In this document: positions 38,907 through 43,053 of the stretch, one piece after another | Layout: the number at the start of each line of letters is the position of its first letter | How positions within the stretch are numbered: position 1 is the first letter of the stretch | Virus record (IMG/VR): IMGVR_UViG_3300038829_000108 | Coordinates: 1 to 43,053 of that record | Source of the DNA: a virus | Reading direction: 5' to 3' (one strand) | Length of the DNA stretch: 43,053 nucleotides | Position numbers and translations under genes: made by a program | The notes under the pieces: generated by a model | The model's database searches: none | Told to the model about the DNA's origin: nothing | Seen by the model: only the letters and a program-made list of their open reading frames with translations

Positions 38907-40861
38907 TATCGTTTCCTGCGCAGTTTATATTTGATCCTCAGGTCGAAGTTCGTCGTGCCTGTATCGATGAACCTCAACTGGTTGGTGACCCCAGGCCGAA
39001 ACGCCAGCCATTCCAGCCGCGCCGCATCCAGCCGCTTCGCGCGGTGGCAATTCGTCCCGTCGCTATTTAACACAGTTCGCAACTTTGAATTTGCGGTCAG
39101 CGTTTGATTCAATTCCATCGTCCAGCGCATGAACAGGCTCTCGGTCTTTGTTTCGCCCTGATAGGTGAAGGTGTTTTGAATCTCGCAATTCAAGTCGTAA
39201 TTGCTTTCCTCGGCCATCATCGCCGCAGTGATCGGGTTCGCCAGCGCTACGGTCACCGCGTCGATCTCAAAGTACGCCTGCGCATTGAGCACCGCGCGCA
39301 AGGAGCCTTCCATCAGAAACCGAATATGTTTGTAGGCCGACCCGATCGTTTGCGATCCTGTATTGGTGATCGTAACAAACACGCCTGCGCTGGCGGGCTT
39401 CGCCTCGTTGAACTGTTCTGTATAGTCGATCCCGTTGATCGATTTCTCCAGCCCCACAAAAGCGGGCCACTGACCCGTTGTGCGCTTCTTCTCGCCTATC
39501 GGAGTCACAGATGTAATACCGCCAGGGTGCGAGAATTTACATTCCAGCGCCGCGTTCACCGCAATCGGCAGTCCTCCCCGCGTGAACGTCTTCATCAACA
39601 TCCCCAGCGCCGTGATCGGGTCCGCTGTGTTGTCGCCCGCCTCGCCTGAATACGTGCCCGATCTCGACCGTGCCGTGCGGCTGATGATGGCTTGTTTCCA
39701 CGCGCCAGGCCGCAGCCCAGCTTTATCACCAAAGCTGGTATATACCCTGCTCCCATTGGTCGAAGTGGCAATTTCAAAGGCCGCCGCATGGGTTGAATCC
39801 GTCTCAGGCGCGGCAATGGTTGAATTGCCGTAATATACGTAAATGTCATGCTCGATGTATTTGATGATCGCGCCATCCGCATGGCTGGCCATGCTCGATT
39901 TTCGAGCGGCTCTGCTGGAAAGGATCGGCTCGAAATAGATCGTCAGCAGATTGACATCCCGCCTCAGGTAAATGAACCGTTCGTTATCGATCTCCACGAT
40001 CCCGCGCCTGTTCGGTAGTCGGTTCAGCGCCTGCCTGTTGGTGATCGTATCTTTCGCCTTGATCGACGATACGATCCCCGAGCTGGCAATCGTTCCGCTC
40101 AACGTCATCTCGATCTTCCCTCTGAAGTTGAACGGCCCCGCAAACACCTTCGTGGACGCGGTATCCATATTCACCAGAAACCGATCCACTTCCTGCCCCC
40201 CATCGAACACCCGCAAATCCTGCCCGCCCGCCTGCATCTTGGCGGTCGTCAGTATTGCGGTATCCCATCCGCCGTTGGTCACATCCACCAGCTCGTTTAG
40301 TACTGCCGCATTGTTCGGGTTATATAACCGTATCCATTTGCGGTATCCGAATCCGCCTGTCTTTGCGTTTTTCGGGGTGGCCTCAAAGGTGGGCAATGCC
40401 TCCACAGTTCCGTCTACAAAAATATCCTTCGTCTGGTTGCTCGCCGTAATGTTCCACAGCGTTTCGGTCTCGGTTGTTTTTTCCCACACCCCGTCCGCCG
40501 CCTGCAGGGTGATCTTGCTGGTCATCGCTCTCATCGCATGGTTGATCACCCGCCCCATCACCGACCATTCGCTCTTTGCGTTATCCATCCCAATCAACTG
40601 CTGTGACGAGTTTCTCAGGGAGTCAAATGCCATGCCCAAAGCGTCCAGTTTGGTTTGTTTATCCCTGCCTTTGGGCGTCACGGTCACTACCAGATAATCT
40701 GCCTTGCGTGTCATTCCCGCCTCGGCAGGCGCGGATTCGCCCAGTTCTACAACCTCCAATTCAACAGGCGGCTGCACGTTGGGGTTGTCCGCGTCGTCGA
40801 GATACGCGAAATAATCCGTCATAAGATTTAATGCGCCAATGGATTTGATTCGCCAGATCAT
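38906..40861 (-). CDS. Distal tail protein (Dit-like, extended)
   Basis: 651 aa directly after the tape measure; start overlaps the tape measure stop. Confidence 0.5.
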   Translation of the reverse strand: MIWRIKSIGALNLMTDYFAYLDDADNPNVQPPVELEVVELGESAPAEAGMTRKADYLVVTVTPKGRDKQTKLDALGMAFDSLRNSSQQLIGMDNAKSEWSVMGRVINHAMRAMTSKITLQAADGVWEKTTETETLWNITASNQTKDIFVDGTVEALPTFEATPKNAKTGGFGYRKWIRLYNPNNAAVLNELVDVTNGGWDTAILTTAKMQAGGQDLRVFDGGQEVDRFLVNMDTASTKVFAGPFNFRGKIEMTLSGTIASSGIVSSIKAKDTITNRQALNRLPNRRGIVEIDNERFIYLRRDVNLLTIYFEPILSSRAARKSSMASHADGAIIKYIEHDIYVYYGNSTIAAPETDSTHAAAFEIATSTNGSRVYTSFGDKAGLRPGAWKQAIISRTARSRSGTYSGEAGDNTADPITALGMLMKTFTRGGLPIAVNAALECKFSHPGGITSVTPIGEKKRTTGQWPAFVGLEKSINGIDYTEQFNEAKPASAGVFVTITNTGSQTIGSAYKHIRFLMEGSLRAVLNAQAYFEIDAVTVALANPITAAMMAEESNYDLNCEIQNTFTYQGETKTESLFMRWTMELNQTLTANSKLRTVLNSDGTNCHRAKRLDAARLEWLAFRPGVTNQLRFIDTGTTNFDLRIKYKLRRKR

Positions 40862-43053
40862 GATTTCCTCAAGGTTCTCATTAACTCGTCGAACGATTTT
40901 TTATCCTTCACCTCGAAAGTGACAGGCGCGTAGAATGTATTGGTCACTCCGCCGATTCCCCCGCTGGCTCCCAGCGCAGGGATCGCCCCCAGCGCGGAAA
41001 ATGCCGCGGACCCGCCAAAACCCAGCGCAGGCGCGGGGATGGTCAACCCCGCAAGCGCCTTCAACGTGTCGCCCACAGACGGCGGAGTCAGGGATGGGTC
41101 GCCCGCCCCGCTGATAAGTCCCAAAATAATGCTGATCATGTTTTGCACCAGCTCGGCCAGCGCATCATATAGCCACCCAGCCGCATTCGTAATGCCGTTG
41201 GCCAGCCCCTCGATGATGCTCTCGCCCACCTGTCCCCAATCGGTCTCGGTGAACAACTCGAAGATCCACTCGATCAATCCGAGAAATATGTCCTGCATAT
41301 TTGCCCAGCCGATCTCAAGAATTTTCCCCAGGGCGGCCCAGGTATTGGCCCATATCTTCCCCAAAGACTGTCCGAACCCATACCAGTCGCCTTGCATCGC
41401 CTGCGTGAATGCCTTGTAGATCAATTTCAAATTAATCAATGTCGCATCCAGCCAGATCTTGATGCTGTCCAGGGTATTTTTCCATATCTCGCTTACCCTC
41501 CCCAGCTTGCCGCTCGTCAACGCCTCGAAAAACTCCATGAACCCGCCAATGAGTATCTGTGCCGTTCCAATCGCAGACTGGATCGCAGGCAACAACGTCT
41601 CTGACCACCACCCCGAAAGCGCCTGAATCGCCAGCGGAATATTCACCTGCAGCCAATTCAAGATCGTCTGCAAGATCGGCCCGATCACAGCCCACGCCGC
41701 CGCCGCCTTCTCTCGAATCCCTCCCCAGTTCTCCGTCCATGCCCGATACAACAAATAAGCGGCCAGCCCCACCAGCGCCATGATTGCGATCACAGGCAGT
41801 AACGGAGCCATCGCCGTCCATGCCGCGATGGCCACAGAAATGCCAAACGCCAAAATCGCCACGCCCAGCGCCGCCAAAATTCCAACCACAATCGGCTTGT
41901 TATCCTTCAGCCATTGTACAAACTTGAAGAACCCATTGATCATGCGCGGCACATTCTCCGCAATCCCATCCGCCAGATCCCCGACAAATACTCCGATCTG
42001 CTCGATCCCCTTCTGCACATCGTCCCGCTCGAAGATCTCCGCCAGCGTATCCAGTAACCCGCTGGCTACATCCATCAACTTCTGGCCCGCAGGCTCGAAA
42101 GCGGTCGTGACCCTGTTCTTGAACATCTGCAACCGCTCCCCCCAATCCATCGTCGCCTCGGCATTGTCCATGATCGCCCCCTCTGAATCCCCCAGCATCT
42201 CCACCAGGTCGCCCAGTTCGAAACGTCCCTCGCGGATCGCGGCCGCCATGTCTGGTCCCGCCCGCGCTCCGAATACATCCATGGCAATCGCTAGCGCCGA
42301 GCTTTCGTCCTCCGCGTTCTTGATCGCCTCGAACGTGTCTTGCAATCCATCCCGCAAAGGCACATTAGCCCTGGCAAATTCACCCGCCGCAATTCGCAAA
42401 CTCCCCATTACCAACTCTGTATTGACGCCCTCTTTTTCCCACTTTCCCAACAGCGCAGCGCTCTCCTCGAAAGAGAATCCAAACTGTCGCATCGGCGCGC
42501 CGAACTGCACCATCAACTGCATCAAGCGGTCTGTGCCAATGCCTGTATTTTGGCTCGCTACAAAAACCTTATCCAGCGAGAGCGCCGCTTCATCCAGCGG
42601 GACGCCCCAGTCCCCAATCAACCGTGTAAACGCCTCCGTATTGGCCGCCAAATCCCCGCCCGTGATTCGCACCATCTCCAGCAGTTGCGCCGAGGTGTCC
42701 TGAAGCATCGGCCCCGTCAGCCCCAGTCTGGTATTCAACTCGCCGATGGCATACGCCGCGTCCTCTGCATTCGCAGGCACCGAGGTAAAAACCTCCTTGA
42801 AATCTTCCTTCAAAAGTTCAAGCTCTTCCCCCGTCGCCCCCGTCCGCGTTTGAATCGTGTCATACGCCGCATCCAGCGTATTGGCGGAATTCCACACCAG
42901 CGCAGTGATTCCAACCACGGCGGCCGCCGCGGCAGTGATCCCCGCCGCAAGCAACAGACCGCCCACGCGCCCCAAATCACTGAGCGCGCCGAGCGCCTTC
43001 GGTCTTGCGCTGTTGATGTCCCCGATCAGCCCAGCGCTATCCGCCGCCAGATC
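40858..43053 (-). CDS. Tape measure protein (5' end runs off the window and continues at 157..128 after the junction)
   Basis: It follows the G/GT chaperones and has hydrophobic central segments and Ala/Gly-rich repeats. The track start at 42975 is an internal TTG and the frame stays open to 43053. Confidence 0.85.
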   Translation of the reverse strand, partial: DLAADSAGLIGDINSARPKALGALSDLGRVGGLLLAAGITAAAAAVVGITALVWNSANTLDAAYDTIQTRTGATGEELELLKEDFKEVFTSVPANAEDAAYAIGELNTRLGLTGPMLQDTSAQLLEMVRITGGDLAANTEAFTRLIGDWGVPLDEAALSLDKVFVASQNTGIGTDRLMQLMVQFGAPMRQFGFSFEESAALLGKWEKEGVNTELVMGSLRIAAGEFARANVPLRDGLQDTFEAIKNAEDESSALAIAMDVFGARAGPDMAAAIREGRFELGDLVEMLGDSEGAIMDNAEATMDWGERLQMFKNRVTTAFEPAGQKLMDVASGLLDTLAEIFERDDVQKGIEQIGVFVGDLADGIAENVPRMINGFFKFVQWLKDNKPIVVGILAALGVAILAFGISVAIAAWTAMAPLLPVIAIMALVGLAAYLLYRAWTENWGGIREKAAAAWAVIGPILQTILNWLQVNIPLAIQALSGWWSETLLPAIQSAIGTAQILIGGFMEFFEALTSGKLGRVSEIWKNTLDSIKIWLDATLINLKLIYKAFTQAMQGDWYGFGQSLGKIWANTWAALGKILEIGWANMQDIFLGLIEWIFELFTETDWGQVGESIIEGLANGITNAAGWLYDALAELVQNMISIILGLISGAGDPSLTPPSVGDTLKALAGLTIPAPALGFGGSAAFSALGAIPALGASGGIGGVTNTFYAPVTFEVKDKKSFDELMRTLRKS
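42927..43053. repeat. Terminal direct repeat, right copy (circular assembly overlap)
   Basis: 127 nt identical to 1-127. Confidence 0.95.

Larger units (their letters stand above)
1..42926. mobile_element. Complete circularly closed temperate siphovirus-type (HK97-fold) phage or phage-plasmid genome, unique length 42,926 bp
   Basis: Window ends are identical (1-127 = 42927-43053). Lysogeny, replication, packaging, head, neck and tail modules are all present. Gene order closes in frame across the junction. Confidence 0.85.

Overview
The window is a complete, circularly closed temperate siphovirus-type (HK97-fold) phage genome. Bases 1-127 are identical to 42927-43053, so the unique length is 42,926 bp, and the junction falls inside the tape measure ORF. 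Nearly all genes are on the minus strand. Reading the minus strand from 30189 downwards: (1) a cro-like gene, then an early operon with a tyrosine recombinase, a Topo VI-A/Spo11-like 'Mini-A' protein and a DnaG-type primase fused to a P-loop helicase; (2) a 17-copy iteron array; (3) a ParM/ParR-like module with three membrane proteins; (4) DUF5131 and ASCH proteins; (5) a TerS-like paralog with two tandem ParB-methyltransferase fusions; (6) a late control region with two consensus promoters and terminators; (7) packaging, head, neck and tail genes that wrap through the junction to the tail-tip genes at 33871-40861. The plus strand (30311-33886) carries a CI-like repressor, a three-gene AT-rich moron cassette and a large serine recombinase. 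The most unusual feature is a nine-copy family of elements, seven of them intergenic and two read into gene termini, that lie directly after stop codons and upstream of the next gene's ribosome-binding site. Each has a long C5AAAT/ATTTG5 stem-loop, a covarying second hairpin or short linker, and (exactly in seven of the nine) an 8-nt purine mirror repeat that could form a triplex. Other points of interest are phage-plasmid-like partition features alongside two recombinase families, nut-like and Q/put-like antitermination architectures, and a candidate attP plus terminator inside the 3' tail of the serine integrase ORF. All functional calls rest on motifs read by eye; no database search was possible.
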